This document shows positions 62,033-64,000 of a DNA stretch of 64,000 nucleotides, piece by piece. The notes beneath the pieces were generated by a model. It saw only the letters and a list, made by a program, of their open reading frames with translations. It was not told where the DNA came from and ran no database searches. Every line of letters begins with the position of its first letter. The stretch's first letter is position 1. A program made the position numbers and the translations under genes. This DNA is from Rhynchobatus australiae (Eukaryota), in the NCBI GenBank assembly GCA_034780895.1, contig JAUZTB010000064.1:118914536-118978535 (forward strand). The letters are read 5' to 3'.

Positions 62033-62132
62033 TGTGCACGGAAAATTCTCTCAAAGTCAGGCGATCCTGTAACCGATGGTGGTATCACTTTATACTTCTT
62101 CCTGGCATTTCCTACTTGCACTGCAAAGTATG
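62033..62132 (-). CDS. MGST2: Microsomal glutathione S-transferase 2, coding exon 2 (100 nt)
   Basis: Minus strand gcatgcag|CA TAC...GCA CA|gtaagt translates (A)YFAVQVGNARKKYKVIPPSVTGSPDFERIFRA(Q), containing the MAPEG FERxxRAQ signature. Confidence 0.95.
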
Positions 62133-63677
62133 CTGCATGCACAACAGAAAAGTCAATTCCTGGGCATTAAAGATTCTTCTTTAAAAAAAACAGGTGGCAT
62201 TTCAACAATGGAATTAAAAAGCAACATTATTATATTTCAGAGATATAATAAAATTCTGAATAACTTGTACACAATACCAAAAGTCACAGAATATTCATGG
62301 CTTACCAACAGATATTACATAGACGCATGTTTCAAATAACTCTTGTTTATTAAGTTATCCCATATTTAATCACCTATACACAACTACACTGTTACTACAG
62401 GGAAAGATAGTATACAAANNNNNNNNNNNNNNNNNNNNNNNNNNNNNNNNNNNNNNNNNNNNNNNNNNNNNNNNNNNNNNNNNNNNNNNNNNNNNNNNNN
62501 NNNNNNNNNNNNNNNNNNCAAAGCGGTTACAATAGATATGGAGCAATGTTTAAGAGGTTCACTGCAGGTGCATGTGGATCTCAGGACTCATGCGGAATAC
62601 TGACGTTCAGATACTGCAACTCTTCCATTCCAGACATTATCATTCAGGTTTGTTTTCAAGGTGGTGCTTCAGTCATTAATTTTTAAGGACCAACAGCAGA
62701 ACCAGACCTCTGCTAATGACACCTCACCAAGCCCGCATTGCTCAGAACTATATCGAACACAAGAGGAGAGATTTCCTTTGAAGCTGCCTAGGAGAGCTGC
62801 AGGGATCACCTCTGGCAGGGAAAGACAGTGTAGACAACAAAGCTATCCACTAGGACAAGCAACCATTGATAGGCAATCCTGAGTTTACCAGCTTTCAAAT
62901 GAAATTCTTAGCCCAAGGATCCATTAGGCATTGAAGTATATTTTGTTTTCTATCTCCTTGATTCCAACTTTTTAATGCCAGTTTGAAGCAGGTTTCAGGA
63001 AACTTGGATGATGCAACAACCAGTCCATATGTTTTGAAGATCAAATACAATAGAACAAGAGGCAAGTCAGCTCCATTTTATTGTTACACCTGAGTGCATA
63101 GCCATAGAAACTCAATTAGCCTGAATAACAAAGAGATGAGTTGCACTGTGATAAATCGCTATGAACAAAGATTCCTGGCCTGCAGTTCAATATCACCCAG
63201 TGTTCACTTCGCATACATTCCTTTCCAAATGAGGAATTCACCTCATAGCACAGGAAACTGCAGGAATCCAGCACTCCCTCCCAAACTCTGTACCACCAAT
63301 TTTGGTGGTGCAGGCAATGGAAGTGAGCCACAGGCAAGACTGGACCTGTTCTCACCCTTCCCCACACCCCTTCACCTGCCAGAAAAAGAAGAGCATATGT
63401 ATTCGTTCAGCAGATGTCATCAAATGGCAAACAGAAACAGGAATCCTGCCAAAGCATTCCCCTCCTTCTCCAAGGGTTTCTAAACCACTCAGCTTGCTCC
63501 TACATCTCTCCAAGCTGATTCAGCACAGACAGACAATGGGATGTTGTACTTTCCAAGTCATTTCTAACTCAGCATTGTGGCAAGCACGCAGCTAACTACT
63601 GATCCAGCCCACAAGTATTAAGGAACGATAAACCATCCAATTAGTGTGGTCAATGATGTTCTACTGTAGTGGCTCCA

Positions 63678-63737
63678 AGATTGCCATCTAGCAGTCCACT
63701 TAGGACATCTAGTGGCGACAGTGTAATATTGCAGCAA
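63678..63737 (-). promoter_or_regulatory. Tandem CTCF-like motifs in MGST2 intron 1
   Basis: Minus strand TGCAATATT-acact-GTCGCCACTAGATGTCC, then GACTGCTAGATGGCAAT 21 bp further on. Confidence 0.45.
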
Positions 63738-64000
63738 TATGTCACTGAACAGACCCTGAAGAAAACAATCTGACACCCAAGTCCCAGATTAGTACAGCAA
63801 CACATACGTTGTTACGCTCTGAATTTCTTGCTTTGGGTCTCTTCAACGTTTTCACCAGCATGTCCTGCAACTCCAGATTCAGAAGATTTATTAACGTAGC
63901 AACATGCTATGGATTCATTGAAAGGAGAAAGATGAAGGTGCTCCGTTGAAAGTTAGCAAAATCTTTTGTCTGATCTCAGCAAAACATTATCAATATCAGA

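Noticed and set aside
63800-63865. Minus-strand ATG...AAC|gtatgt as MGST2 exon 1
   Set aside because: It encodes MLVKTLKRPKARNSERNN, which is not the hydrophobic first helix, and its phase (0) does not fit exon 2 (phase 1).

Overview
Gappy (many N runs), AT-rich vertebrate genomic DNA, most likely a cartilaginous fish (inferred from HE1/V-SINE, Deu-domain SINE, CR1 and Penelope-type repeats). Two spliced genes lie tail-to-tail. On + are the last three coding exons of MAML3 (8706-8883 partial, 13897-14017, 29781-30751). On - are coding exons 2-5 of MGST2 (62033-62132, 56375-56445, 45844-45925, 44475-44610), which the ORF track misses; their 100/71/82-nt sizes match the MAPEG gene structure. 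Most of the remainder is decayed CR1, Rex1/Babar, L2 and SINE sequence. Best leads: (1) a multi-copy, often palindromic Penelope-related element carrying a degenerate minimal hammerhead-ribozyme core, with one copy showing an 11-bp target-site duplication and one fused to a GIY-YIG C-terminal remnant; (2) a degenerate PPxY motif in MAML3 exon 4; (3) Phe at the Tyr93-equivalent position of MGST2; (4) an 82-nt near-perfect intronic hairpin; (5) tandem CTCF-like motifs. Homology calls are from recall, not from searches, and repeat boundaries are approximate. No clearly novel protein-coding system is visible.
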